Origin: Akkermansiaceae bacterium
Lineage (GTDB): Bacteria > Verrucomicrobiota > Verrucomicrobiia > Verrucomicrobiales > Akkermansiaceae
NCBI GenBank assembly: GCA_051251915.1
Contig: JBPOGF010000001.1
Coordinates: forward strand, 128,001 to 192,000
DNA: 64,000 nt
Direction: 5' to 3'
The notes beneath the pieces were generated by a model that was not told the origin of the DNA, ran no database searches, and worked only from the letters and a program-made list of their open reading frames with translations. The first letter of the stretch is position 1. The number at the start of each line of letters is the position of its first letter. Positions 9,266 through 18,860 of the stretch are shown in pieces. Position numbers and translations under genes: made by a program.

Positions 9266-9298
9266 TTTTCCTTAGTTTATCTCAACCAGAATTTATCC

Positions 9299-9323
9299 AA
9301 AGCCCGCTATTTTAGCGGGCTTT
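9299..9323 (+). terminator. Intrinsic terminator of thrS-infC
   Basis: AAAGCCCGCTA-TTT-TAGCGGGCTTT followed by T-rich tract. Confidence 0.85.
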
Positions 9324-9389
9324 GTTCTTTTAAGGGGTTAATGTCACTTGAGTTTAATCAGGGTTTTAATGCCATCTGCACAGTTATTC

Positions 9390-9541
9390 TGGCTCAATAG
9401 ATGGTGTGAATGATGGGGGACTAGCAGCAGAGCTGAATGTGAGTGGGTAAAACAATGTAGCTAGATTAGCTGCGTTAGTATTCAGTTACATAGACCGCTG
9501 TGAGCCTGTCTCCTGTCTTGCTACTTTCGCTATTTGAGCCA
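9390..9541 (+). ncRNA. Candidate rod-shaped structured RNA (identity unknown)
   Basis: Four nested helices with several G-U pairs; no credible ORF; located between two terminators. Confidence 0.4.
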
Positions 9542-9613
9542 CTATAAACAATCAAATGGTAGTACACAGAGCAAAAGAGCTAGAGTGTTTATAGTTTTCT
9601 ATCAATCGTGTGG

Positions 9614-9653
9614 AAAAAAAGATCTCACGCGGAGTGGTCGCGTGAGATCTTTT
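9614..9653 (-). terminator. Intrinsic terminator of the 9669-11738 gene
   Basis: AAAAAAAGATCTCACGCG...CGCGTGAGATCTTTT. Confidence 0.85.
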
Positions 9654-9668
9654 GAGTAGTTGATTTTC

Positions 9669-11738
9669 TTAAAAGTCAGCTTCGTTCAGGTTGGAATCTG
9701 AAGATGAATTTGAGTCGGATTCAGAGTCAGCATTAGAGGCTGGAATAGTTTCTTTTTGGTTGATCTCGTCTTCATCAGCATCGAATTTTGCTGAGATGAT
9801 GCGTTTGATACCTGCGGAAGCGTATTTGCTGTCAGGGTGGATGTTTTCTGCTTTGAGATACCAAGTTAGAGCTTGAGCTGAGGTAGGGGATGAGTCTTCA
9901 TACCCTTGAGCTTTAGCGATGAGGTTGGCAAATTTGGCAGCTTCGCCGCTGTAGCGAGCTTTGGCTTGTGAAAGCTCAAGATCATTTGGGTGTTCTTTTT
10001 GTCTGATGTCAATGATCTCCCAGGCGGCTTCTGCAAATCCGCGGTCGTGGAGAGTCTCAGCTTCTTTCAAAGCTGCGACTACTGATGATTTCTCTCTGGT
10101 GATCTGTTGAAGTTGGTTCTTACGTGCTAGATCTTCTGAGGATTTGGAAAGATTGAATGCCGCAATGAAGCGTGAGAGGTTCTCTTCTTTCATGATAGCG
10201 GCCCATGACTTGGTTTCTACATAACGGTCAAAGTCTTGTCTTGCTACGAGCAACATGTCTTCGCTTTCGACACCGCTATCGATGATCTTATCTAGAAGGT
10301 TGTTGATGTCTTCTAGGTCTGGGTTTGATGGCCATGCGAATGTGGACTTAAACATCGCTGTTTTAAAGCGTTGTTCTTCGTTGTATCGTTCCTGAGTATC
10401 ACGTGCTTTCTTCATCTGATAGAGAGCGATCTTAGCATCTCTAGCATAGCTTTTGGATTCAGTTTTCTTGGCTGCAATGTATGACTTGGCTTCTGAGGCG
10501 TTGTAGTCACTAGCTTGATCCTGAAGAGTTTGGTTGAGTTCTTCACCGCGTTCTAGGTCGTTTGCTTCAAGGGTTTTGACCATGTCATTTGCGTCTTGAA
10601 CGTATTGCTGAATCTTTGCTTTGTCTTCGTATGCGATGATTTGGACAGCTGGTAGGAACTCGCCGATTGCGAATGCTTCGACGAGTCGTTCAGATGCTGC
10701 GTGAATGCGGCCAGAGCTGATGTTGTTATCAAATGCGCTTACTAGGGTGTCCACTTTACGGATGGCTTCATTAGCTGCCGCATCGAGTCCAGCAACTGTT
10801 GGGTTTACCCCGATTCCTTCAGAGAAGAATTTCTCAGTATCTGAGTTTTTTTGGAGTCTCATCTTGGTGTCTCCATCTTTGTAGATAAGATTATAAAATC
10901 TAGCTGCGATGATGACGTGTTCAAATCTACGCTGGATGAAGAGCTGAACCATCATTGCTTGGTATTGAACTTTAGATTGGGTGAGGTCGATGGTGCCTTC
11001 GACTTCCGTTTTTTTGATCAGAGCAGTGATTTCTACGAGGCGTTTCTGCATCATAGTATACTCGATAGATTGACCAGCTATGCTAGTGGTGCCGCCTCTA
11101 TTTCTATCGCCACCTTTGCCTTTACCTCTGTCCCCGCCTCTGCCTCTATCTTGGCCAGCAGGTTGGACATCAAGTTTACTTTCGATGACGCCCATGTTGT
11201 GGATGAGTGTCTTTTGTTCTTTAAGTAATTTGGCAATGTATTCTTTCTTGGAGCCAATGTGGTTTTTTGTGAGTTGTGCAGAGTAGATTGCGTTCGCTAG
11301 GGATTCACAGAGGTTTCCGTCGCCTGGGTATTCTGCAGCTACTGAGAGTAGATCGTAGGCTTGTTTTAGTTGAGATCCGTCAGTTTTATTTGGGGCAAGG
11401 TAGTCGAGGATTTGACGTAGTGTGGCACGATATTCGACCGCGGCTTGAGATGAGAGGGTATCGGTAGCGAGGTAAGCTTCGAATTGACCGCCGAGGTTGT
11501 TGTCCATGAGGCTGTATTTTTTGCCCTGAAAATCGATTGTTTTGTTTGTGGGGTCAACCATTGGGATTTCCTGACCGTGAGCAGAAGCTTGAGGCTCGTT
11601 CTCGCGTCTGATGACTGTGTCTCCGCCGCCAGAGTTTCCTCCACCGGCACCGGATCCAGGTGTGGAAGGCGGTTTTTGCGCGAATGTAGGTGTGATAGAG
11701 CTAGTTGCTACGAGTGCAGCGATGATTGTCTTTTTCAT
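9669..11738 (-). CDS. Secreted helical hypothetical protein
   Basis: Signal peptide MKKTIIAALVATSSITPTFA, Gly-rich linkers, TPR-like C-terminal helices, acidic tail. Confidence 0.85.
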   Translation of the reverse strand: MKKTIIAALVATSSITPTFAQKPPSTPGSGAGGGNSGGGDTVIRRENEPQASAHGQEIPMVDPTNKTIDFQGKKYSLMDNNLGGQFEAYLATDTLSSQAAVEYRATLRQILDYLAPNKTDGSQLKQAYDLLSVAAEYPGDGNLCESLANAIYSAQLTKNHIGSKKEYIAKLLKEQKTLIHNMGVIESKLDVQPAGQDRGRGGDRGKGKGGDRNRGGTTSIAGQSIEYTMMQKRLVEITALIKKTEVEGTIDLTQSKVQYQAMMVQLFIQRRFEHVIIAARFYNLIYKDGDTKMRLQKNSDTEKFFSEGIGVNPTVAGLDAAANEAIRKVDTLVSAFDNNISSGRIHAASERLVEAFAIGEFLPAVQIIAYEDKAKIQQYVQDANDMVKTLEANDLERGEELNQTLQDQASDYNASEAKSYIAAKKTESKSYARDAKIALYQMKKARDTQERYNEEQRFKTAMFKSTFAWPSNPDLEDINNLLDKIIDSGVESEDMLLVARQDFDRYVETKSWAAIMKEENLSRFIAAFNLSKSSEDLARKNQLQQITREKSSVVAALKEAETLHDRGFAEAAWEIIDIRQKEHPNDLELSQAKARYSGEAAKFANLIAKAQGYEDSSPTSAQALTWYLKAENIHPDSKYASAGIKRIISAKFDADEDEINQKETIPASNADSESDSNSSSDSNLNEADF

Positions 11739-11764
11739 GATGATGGAAATGGGTTATAGATAAC

Positions 11765-12163
11765 TTACTTGTCGGTGTATGATTTGGCAACTAACCATGC
11801 GTCATTTTTTGCTTTGACGATAAAGGTGTATTCTTGTTGGGTGTTGATATTTGGGCCTGCTACATCTGCTGGTATTTCGATAGGGATGGGCTCATTGTTG
11901 TAGTTTACCTGCACAACTTGTGTGACGCCTTCTTCGTAGTAAAGTTTTTTAACGACTTGTGCCTTAATCGAGAAGGTTGATCCGCGAACTGATTCTGGCG
12001 AATTTGTGTAAGTATCTGCATTGAGTTCAGTGGCATTTGAGCTGGGTTCTCTAGTGAGGATGAAATATCCGCCTGCTAATAATGCCACAGCACAGAGAGC
12101 TCCAATGATCATTGGAAGTGGATTTGATGGTGTTGATTGTGATTTGCGTGTTCTACGAGCCAT
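11765..12163 (-). CDS. Single-TM hypothetical protein with small beta-rich domain
   Basis: Basic N-terminus, TM helix, about 90-aa domain; 26 nt upstream of the next gene. Confidence 0.8.
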   Translation of the reverse strand: MARRTRKSQSTPSNPLPMIIGALCAVALLAGGYFILTREPSSNATELNADTYTNSPESVRGSTFSIKAQVVKKLYYEEGVTQVVQVNYNNEPIPIEIPADVAGPNINTQQEYTFIVKAKNDAWLVAKSYTDK

Positions 12164-12249
12164 ATGATATAGTTTGATTTATTTGATAGTGTGTAAGGAT
12201 ATTGAATTGAAAAGTTACACATTAAATATAAAACCTTTAAATTAAAATG

Positions 12250-12274
12250 CCTTGCTGAACGATGTTCAGCAAGG
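12250..12274 (-). terminator. Terminator-like hairpin after ABC gene
   Basis: CCTTGCTGAAC-GAT-GTTCAGCAAGG, followed by CATTTT on the minus strand. Confidence 0.7.
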
Positions 12275-12307
12275 TGAAAATAGGATATTATAGTTAGTTA
12301 ATTTATG

Positions 12308-14227
12308 TTAATGTTCCCACTGATGGCGCCTAATTCCGATGTAAGTGAGTGTGAGACCGATGAGTATTTGGGTTGCTAAGATGGTCAAGCAGGTGACGGA
12401 ACCTGGATCTATAGGGGTCTGGGTGACATCTTTTACCGAGGCGTAGTAATCCGTTCTGAGGTGGGATAGGCTACCTGCCCACGCCCAGTAGGCGGAGATG
12501 AACGGGCGAGTAATGATGCCTACGGTTTCAGGTAAAGCAAGGACGGCTCCGGATAGAGGTAGCTGGAAACCAACGAGGTAGATGGATAGTAGCGATGCCT
12601 TTTCTGAGGTTTTCATCATGGATGATATGCCTAGACAGATGAATGTCATGGCTGCATTGATCATGACTAGGAAGATGAAGTGATCTACGTAACTGGTAGA
12701 GCTAGAGCCTTTGAAGTTCCAGGCGGATTCCACGGCTATGCCCATGATGAGGGACTGGACTACTATGATGGCTACTAGAAATGTAATTTTGCTGAGCAGA
12801 TAGGCAAAGGGGCTGACGCCACCGAACTTCTCTTTCTCCATGATTTTACGTTCACCGGCAATTTCTCGGGCAGCATTGTTTGAGCCCATGAGCGCTAGGA
12901 GGACCATTTGGAACATGATGATGCCTGAGACTGCACCGCCGACCTTCGCTCTGTTTGAGGCGATGGCGTTAAGTTCTTTAAGTCCTGACATGGAGTAATC
13001 TGTTCCAGCGTCTGAGAAGTTTCTTAAGTGAGCATTTCCTTGGTCCGCAAAGAGGATGACGATGAGCGGGAAGCAGATCATGATGGCTAGCTGGAGGAAA
13101 ACTTGGCCGCGGTCACGGAAGAAGATTTTCCATCGGCGAGCGAGTAGTGTGCAGAACTGGCTGAAAACGCCGGGGGTTCTTACTGTTTCGCGAGCTTCTT
13201 TGATGATGTCATCGTCAATGGAGAGGGGCTGGGAATCTGCTGATTTGTCTTTTTTCTTACTACGGCTTTGGCGTTTTGAGGCTTTAGCTGAGATTTCACC
13301 ATCTATGTCATCCCAGTCTTCATCTTCTATTTCTAGGGGGGCAGTGGCAGAATCTGGATCTGGAGTGATGGCAGCTGCTGAGCTTGCTGGGATATTGAGT
13401 TCGCCTGATTCGATGAGGCTCTTGCGGTTTTTTTCTATTTTATCGTAGTAAATATCCGCGTGTTTCTCCCAGGATTTTCTCCATCGGTTGGAGTCTTGTT
13501 TAGCTAGACGTGGGTAAATCTCCTCGGTGTCTTCCACTGAGAAGTAGTGAGTTAATCCAGCTGGAGGTCCGTGATAAGCTACTCTGCCTTCATGGAGAAC
13601 GAGGATGGAGTCATAGAGTTCTAGGTGAGCTAGTGAGTGAGTGACGGAAATGACGATGCGTCCGTCTCTGCGTGATAGGTCATGTAGTCTACGTACGATG
13701 TCTCTTTCGGAACGTGGGTCGAGCCCAGATGTTACCTCATCGCAGAGGAGTAGGGTGGGGTCGGTGACTAGTTCCATAGCTAGGCCGAGGCGACGTTTTT
13801 GACCACCGGAGAGGACTTTTACGAGTCGGTCTGAGATGGGGGCGAGTCCTGTTTCTTCGAGGACGCGGTCGATGCGTTGGTCGAGGTCATCTAAGTCACG
13901 AGTTTTGACGCGTAGCTTAGTGACTGCTTCGATGGATTCGTCTACAGTGAGTTCATCGTATGCGATGGAGAACTGAGGGACGTAGCCTAGCTCCGCTGGC
14001 TCTAGGTCGCCATCTTCTTCTAGGTCGCGGCCATCCCAGTAGATGTATCCCTCGGACATTTCATTGAGTCCGGCGATGGTATTTAGCAGGGTGGTCTTGC
14101 CACATCCAGATGGTCCGACGATGGCCATGAAGTGGCCAGTAGGTATTTTGAGATTAACACGGTCGATCAGGTTGAGTGGCTCGCCGTCCTTGTCTATGGT
14201 GAAACAGAAGTCTTTTAATTCTAGCAC
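12308..14227 (-). CDS. ABC transporter, fused ATPase + ABC-2-type permease (ABCG-like half transporter)
   Basis: Walker A GPSGCGKTT, LSGGQ, LLLCDE, SVTH; about 6 C-terminal TM helices. Confidence 0.92.
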   Translation of the reverse strand: MLELKDFCFTIDKDGEPLNLIDRVNLKIPTGHFMAIVGPSGCGKTTLLNTIAGLNEMSEGYIYWDGRDLEEDGDLEPAELGYVPQFSIAYDELTVDESIEAVTKLRVKTRDLDDLDQRIDRVLEETGLAPISDRLVKVLSGGQKRRLGLAMELVTDPTLLLCDEVTSGLDPRSERDIVRRLHDLSRRDGRIVISVTHSLAHLELYDSILVLHEGRVAYHGPPAGLTHYFSVEDTEEIYPRLAKQDSNRWRKSWEKHADIYYDKIEKNRKSLIESGELNIPASSAAAITPDPDSATAPLEIEDEDWDDIDGEISAKASKRQSRSKKKDKSADSQPLSIDDDIIKEARETVRTPGVFSQFCTLLARRWKIFFRDRGQVFLQLAIMICFPLIVILFADQGNAHLRNFSDAGTDYSMSGLKELNAIASNRAKVGGAVSGIIMFQMVLLALMGSNNAAREIAGERKIMEKEKFGGVSPFAYLLSKITFLVAIIVVQSLIMGIAVESAWNFKGSSSTSYVDHFIFLVMINAAMTFICLGISSMMKTSEKASLLSIYLVGFQLPLSGAVLALPETVGIITRPFISAYWAWAGSLSHLRTDYYASVKDVTQTPIDPGSVTCLTILATQILIGLTLTYIGIRRHQWEH

Positions 14228-14334
14228 GATATTAGGCTATAAGTGGTTTAAACGTTAAGGTTACAAAACCGCAATTTTTTTATTTTGGCGAGAAGAAACC
14301 TTGAGAGAAATGATAATTTGAGTAGCTTACGGTC

Positions 14335-15933
14335 ATGTCACGCAGGCGAAGAAAAAAAACTAGCACTCAAACCCAGGGAGTAAGCAGGTCTCAGAATAGA
14401 CGTAAGGGACTATGGTGGAAACTACTGTTAGGGTTCGCTGTGCTGTTGGTTGCGGGAGCATTTTTTGCATATAACAAAGTGATAGCATTTCTTCATAGCG
14501 ATGTATTTAGAGATGATGTAGCTATGCAAGTCAGTGCTAAACTTGGTACTGAGGGTGCATTTGGTGATTTTAAATGGGATGGGCTGAGTGCGGAAAATGA
14601 GAGTTTTGAGGCAAATGGTGAGGGTGCGATTTCATCAGTGGATGCGGGTGATATCTCACTAGATGTGGAGTTAGATTACATTAAGCGCGATAAATTTAGT
14701 CTCACTAATGTTCACGTCAATAGAGTGGATGCAGAGGTGGATCTACGTAGAGAGTTCTTACAATTTGAGATTGAGAAGAAGGAGAAGGGATTCTTTGAGA
14801 GCTTGCTTCCTGAGGATGTAGAGTTGTTAGATGCTGAGATAGGTAAGATTAATGCTACTGTTCAGACAGACTCGGGTGAATATAGAATCAGTGGGATGAG
14901 TCTTCAGGCAACGAGGGATGATGATGCTTATAATGCGACGATTGAAGGTGGGCTTGTGAACTTGCCATTTCCCTTTTTAAGGACGGCAAGTTTGGTGAAG
15001 GGGGAAATAATCCAATTAGATGAGGAAATCTATGTAAAGGATACCAAACTTAAGATTTACGATAGTGGTGAAATCATTCTGAATGGTGATGTGGATCTGT
15101 CACCACGTGCGAGACACCTCTATGATATGAGTGGCGTCTTGACTGGCTTGAAATGTAAGGATGTATTTCCTGATGGATGGCATAGGCATCTAACAGGAGA
15201 AGTTAGAGGTAAGTTTAAGATCTTGCCACATGAAGGGACTGAGCCTAAAATTACGGGTTGGATGGAGATACAACGAGGAACTTTGCAGGCTTTGCCTATT
15301 CTGAACACGGTGTCTTATTATCTTGCTGAGCCGAAGTATCGCACGTTGAGTTTTGAGAAGTTTACTTGTGATTATGAAAAATTTAGAGATCAGATCCATC
15401 TGCGCAATATTATATTGAGTAGTAAAGGATTGTTGAAAATAGAGGGGGATCTTAAGATTGACGGGAGTAATCTGGATGGGTTGTTTGATGTTGGTGTCCC
15501 TGCATCTTATCTTTCTAAAATCCCTGGAGCCAAGGCCAGTGTTTTTAAGCCTGGTAAGGATCAGTTGCTATGGACGAAGGTTAAAATTGGTGGTGATTTC
15601 GATGATGTCACTGAGGATCTTTCTGATAGATTGATGCAAGCAGCTACCGAGGAAATGATTCGCAGGGCGCTGGCTATGGGAGGTGAAGTAATAAGCCCTG
15701 AAACTATTAATAAACTGATCGAAGGTGGCAGTGAGGTGAAGAACAATCTTGATGAGGTTCTCAAGGGTGATAAAGGTGTCCTCGAAGGAGGAGTCGGTGC
15801 AGCTAAAGGTCTGCTCGATGGCATTACAGGATCTAAGAAAAAAGAGAAGGATGGGGAAGAAGACGAAGAGAAGGACGGAGGGGGACTCATTCCTAATTTG
15901 CCTAATCTTCCAGACGTTCTTCCTTTTCTCTAA
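14335..15933 (+). CDS. Membrane-anchored beta-rich protein, AsmA-like
   Basis: N-terminal TM anchor then amphipathic beta strands; C-terminal SKGLLKIEGDLKIDGSNLDG segment. Confidence 0.6.
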   Translation: MSRRRRKKTSTQTQGVSRSQNRRKGLWWKLLLGFAVLLVAGAFFAYNKVIAFLHSDVFRDDVAMQVSAKLGTEGAFGDFKWDGLSAENESFEANGEGAISSVDAGDISLDVELDYIKRDKFSLTNVHVNRVDAEVDLRREFLQFEIEKKEKGFFESLLPEDVELLDAEIGKINATVQTDSGEYRISGMSLQATRDDDAYNATIEGGLVNLPFPFLRTASLVKGEIIQLDEEIYVKDTKLKIYDSGEIILNGDVDLSPRARHLYDMSGVLTGLKCKDVFPDGWHRHLTGEVRGKFKILPHEGTEPKITGWMEIQRGTLQALPILNTVSYYLAEPKYRTLSFEKFTCDYEKFRDQIHLRNIILSSKGLLKIEGDLKIDGSNLDGLFDVGVPASYLSKIPGAKASVFKPGKDQLLWTKVKIGGDFDDVTEDLSDRLMQAATEEMIRRALAMGGEVISPETINKLIEGGSEVKNNLDEVLKGDKGVLEGGVGAAKGLLDGITGSKKKEKDGEEDEEKDGGGLIPNLPNLPDVLPFL

Positions 15934-15978
15934 CGACGGAAAATTTATCAATTAACAATTACAAATCTAAAGTATTAC

Positions 15979-18696
15979 ATGGAAATAGCAGTAGGGCAAC
16001 GATGGGTCAGTGACTCGGAGCCAGAGATGGGACTTGGCATGGTGCTGAGTATCGAAAGTGGGGTGGTGGATATTCTTTTCCCTGCTGTGGAGCAAAGAAG
16101 AATGTATGCAGTAGCTACTGCGCCGCTTAGGCGGGTGGTCTTTGGGGTTGGCGATATGGTGCATACTCATGATGACCAGGAGCTTGAGATTACTGAGGTG
16201 AAGCAGGATGGTGACGTGGTTCTCTACGTGACGCCAGATCGCGTGCTGGAGGAGGGTGAACTTAGCGATAACATGTCATTGAATAAGCCACATGACCGCT
16301 TGCTTGGTGGTGCTGTGGATGATGATAGGAATTTCCGTTTGCGGGTGGAGTCACTGTATAGAAATAGCCAGATTAAGGGTAGTATTCTTAGGGGGTTTAT
16401 GGGTGCTCGTGCGGATCTGATTCCGCATCAGATGTCGATTGTGAGTGAGGTGTCTAAGCGTGTTCGTCCGAGAGTTCTTTTGGCTGATGAAGTTGGTTTA
16501 GGAAAGACTATTGAGGCGTGTATGATTATGCATAGGCTTCATCTAACAGGTCGTGCTGATAGGGTGTTGATTGTACTGCCTGAGAGTTTGGTGCATCAGT
16601 GGTTTGTGGAGCTTCTGCGTAGGTTTAATATGATGTTTAGCCTTTTTGATGAGGAGCGTTGTAAGGCGATAGAGGAGCATAATGCGGTGAATCCGTTTCT
16701 TGATAGTCAGTTGGTGATTACGAGTATTGATTTTCTGACAGCTAACTCTAACAGGTCTGAGCAGGTTCTTGAGGCTGGCTGGGATATGTTGATCGTGGAT
16801 GAGGCGCATCACTTGGAGTGGAGTGAGGATGAGGTGAGTGCTGAGTATGCTTTGGTGGATAAAATTTCTGCTCAAACGGAGGCGGTTTTGCTACTTACTG
16901 CTACTCCGCAACAGCTTGGTCCGGAGGGGCATTTTGCTCGCTTGAGATTGCTGGATAGTGATCGATTTTCTGATTTGAAAGCTTACCTCAAGGAGAGTAA
17001 GGATTATGAGGCTATTGCTAAGTTACTCACTAAGTTGAGTAAGGGAGAGTTGCCGAGTGCTGCTGAGGTTAAGAAATTTGGTAAGCATTCACATCGAGTG
17101 AAAGATGGTATGGATGCGCTGATGGGTGGTGATGAGGAGGTGAGAAATCTGCTTATTGAGAACCTGTTAGATAGTTTTGGTCCAGGTAGGGTGATGTTTA
17201 GGAATACTCGTGATTATCTTTCTGGTTTTCCTGTTAGGAATGCACATTTAGTGGAAGTTGAGGATGAGGGTAAGGTGAAGTGGCTTGCTGGTTTGATTAA
17301 AGAACTAGGGCTTGGGGAAGATGGGGAGAAGATATTGCTGATTGTGAAGACTCGTGGAGATGCTGAGCGTATTGCTTTAGAGTTACAGCAAGAGATCAAT
17401 GTCGAGGTGGCGCTTTTCCATGAGGATCTTACTTTGATTCAGCGAGATAGGAATGCGGCTTACTTTTCTGATGAAGAGGGTGCTCAGGTTTTGCTTTGTA
17501 GTGAGATAGGTAGTGAGGGGAGAAATTTCCAGTTTGCGCATCATTTGGTGTTGTATGATTTACCGGAAGATCCGGAGTTGTTAGAACAACGGATTGGTCG
17601 ATTGGACAGGATAGGACAGAGTGAGGAGATTCATATTCATGTGCCTTATGTGGCGGGTTCTGAAGGTGAAGTTTTGGCTCGTTGGTATCATGAAGGGCTA
17701 GAAGCGTTTGAGCATAATGTTCATGGGGCTACGGAAGTTTACCGTGCTTGTAGTGAGATGTTAGAGTTGCTGAAGATGATGTACAGTAAGGAAGGAATGG
17801 ATGATCTTATTACATTTTCAAGAAAACAGATGAAGGATGTGAAGAAGAAGCTGATGAGCGGGCAGGAGAAGTTGCTGGCTCTGAATTCTTATCGGATCAA
17901 GGATTCGCAGAAGATGATTGACCGGATCGAGGCTGTGGATGGAGATCCTGGGTTTGAGAAGTTCACGTTGAAGTTGTTAGATAATCTTGGTGTTGGCATA
18001 GAAGATATGGGTCCACGGAGCTACTTGCTGACGGTTAGTCATTTGAAGACTGATTTGGCGGCGGATATTCCTGATGAGGGTTTGTCGGTGACTTTTGATA
18101 GGGACTATGCTTTGAGCCGAGAGGATGTGAGGTTTATTAGTATGGATCACCCGTTGGTGCGTAGTGCGCTGGATGTGATGCTGGCTGGTGAGTCTGGTAA
18201 TGCTAGCTTTGGCGTCTGGGAGGGAAGTGGTGAGAAGGGAGTTTACCTTGAGGCGTATTTCGTAGCTGAAGTAGTGGCTCCGCGTTCGCTGCATGTGGAT
18301 AGATTTCTTTCGGCTAAGCCGGTGAGAGTGGCTGTGGATCATAATTTAGCAGATGCTAGTGAAGACATGGGGCTCAGAAAAGTGAGGTTGCGTGAGGGGA
18401 ATCTGAGAAAGTTACTCGGAAACGAGATGCTGAAGAAGAAGCTCATTCCGGCGATGATGGATAAGTGCGAGAAGTTAGCGGAGGCGAAGATGGCGATCAT
18501 TGCTGAAGAAGGCACGGTGCGGATCCAGGAAATCATGGGGGCTGAGCTAAGTCGTCTAGAGGATCTTGCTGAAATCAATACGGCTGTCAGTAGTATAGAA
18601 ATTGACCAATTAAAATCTCAAATAGAGGAGCTACAGGTTGCTGTTAAATCTGCGAGGGTGAGACTGGATGGGCTGAAGTTAGTCTGGCGGACTTAG
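15979..18696 (+). CDS. rapA: RNA polymerase-associated SNF2 ATPase RapA (HepA)
   Basis: GQRWVSDSEPEMGLG, LLADEVGLGKT, DEAHH, TATP, SEIGSEGRNFQ, LEQRIGRLDRIGQ. Confidence 0.95.
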   Translation: MEIAVGQRWVSDSEPEMGLGMVLSIESGVVDILFPAVEQRRMYAVATAPLRRVVFGVGDMVHTHDDQELEITEVKQDGDVVLYVTPDRVLEEGELSDNMSLNKPHDRLLGGAVDDDRNFRLRVESLYRNSQIKGSILRGFMGARADLIPHQMSIVSEVSKRVRPRVLLADEVGLGKTIEACMIMHRLHLTGRADRVLIVLPESLVHQWFVELLRRFNMMFSLFDEERCKAIEEHNAVNPFLDSQLVITSIDFLTANSNRSEQVLEAGWDMLIVDEAHHLEWSEDEVSAEYALVDKISAQTEAVLLLTATPQQLGPEGHFARLRLLDSDRFSDLKAYLKESKDYEAIAKLLTKLSKGELPSAAEVKKFGKHSHRVKDGMDALMGGDEEVRNLLIENLLDSFGPGRVMFRNTRDYLSGFPVRNAHLVEVEDEGKVKWLAGLIKELGLGEDGEKILLIVKTRGDAERIALELQQEINVEVALFHEDLTLIQRDRNAAYFSDEEGAQVLLCSEIGSEGRNFQFAHHLVLYDLPEDPELLEQRIGRLDRIGQSEEIHIHVPYVAGSEGEVLARWYHEGLEAFEHNVHGATEVYRACSEMLELLKMMYSKEGMDDLITFSRKQMKDVKKKLMSGQEKLLALNSYRIKDSQKMIDRIEAVDGDPGFEKFTLKLLDNLGVGIEDMGPRSYLLTVSHLKTDLAADIPDEGLSVTFDRDYALSREDVRFISMDHPLVRSALDVMLAGESGNASFGVWEGSGEKGVYLEAYFVAEVVAPRSLHVDRFLSAKPVRVAVDHNLADASEDMGLRKVRLREGNLRKLLGNEMLKKKLIPAMMDKCEKLAEAKMAIIAEEGTVRIQEIMGAELSRLEDLAEINTAVSSIEIDQLKSQIEELQVAVKSARVRLDGLKLVWRT

Positions 18697-18860
18697 ATGG
18701 GTTTGGTCTCTTAGTTTTTGTCTGGCTGGTGGTGTCATGATACATGTTTTTGCGAAGAAAATGTGTATTTGTGATATGTAGTTGTGTGTTTTGCGCGTTT
18801 TTCTGGATTCTGGCTGATTTAGTTTGCAGAGTTTTGTATATGGGCTTCAATTATTGGAGG

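Noticed and set aside
15657..17911. Single GATTCGCAG matches inside coding regions
   Set aside because: Unpaired and intragenic; lack the 21-bp partner repeat
18763..18794. GTGTAT-N20-TTTTGC as a fourth copy of the pckA/cco operator
   Set aside because: Mismatches in both arms within low-complexity G/T-rich DNA; likely chance
18744..18860. Cys/Phe-rich N-terminal extension of the heme protein
   Set aside because: Looks like translated G/T-rich intergenic DNA; ATG 18861 gives a normal signal peptide
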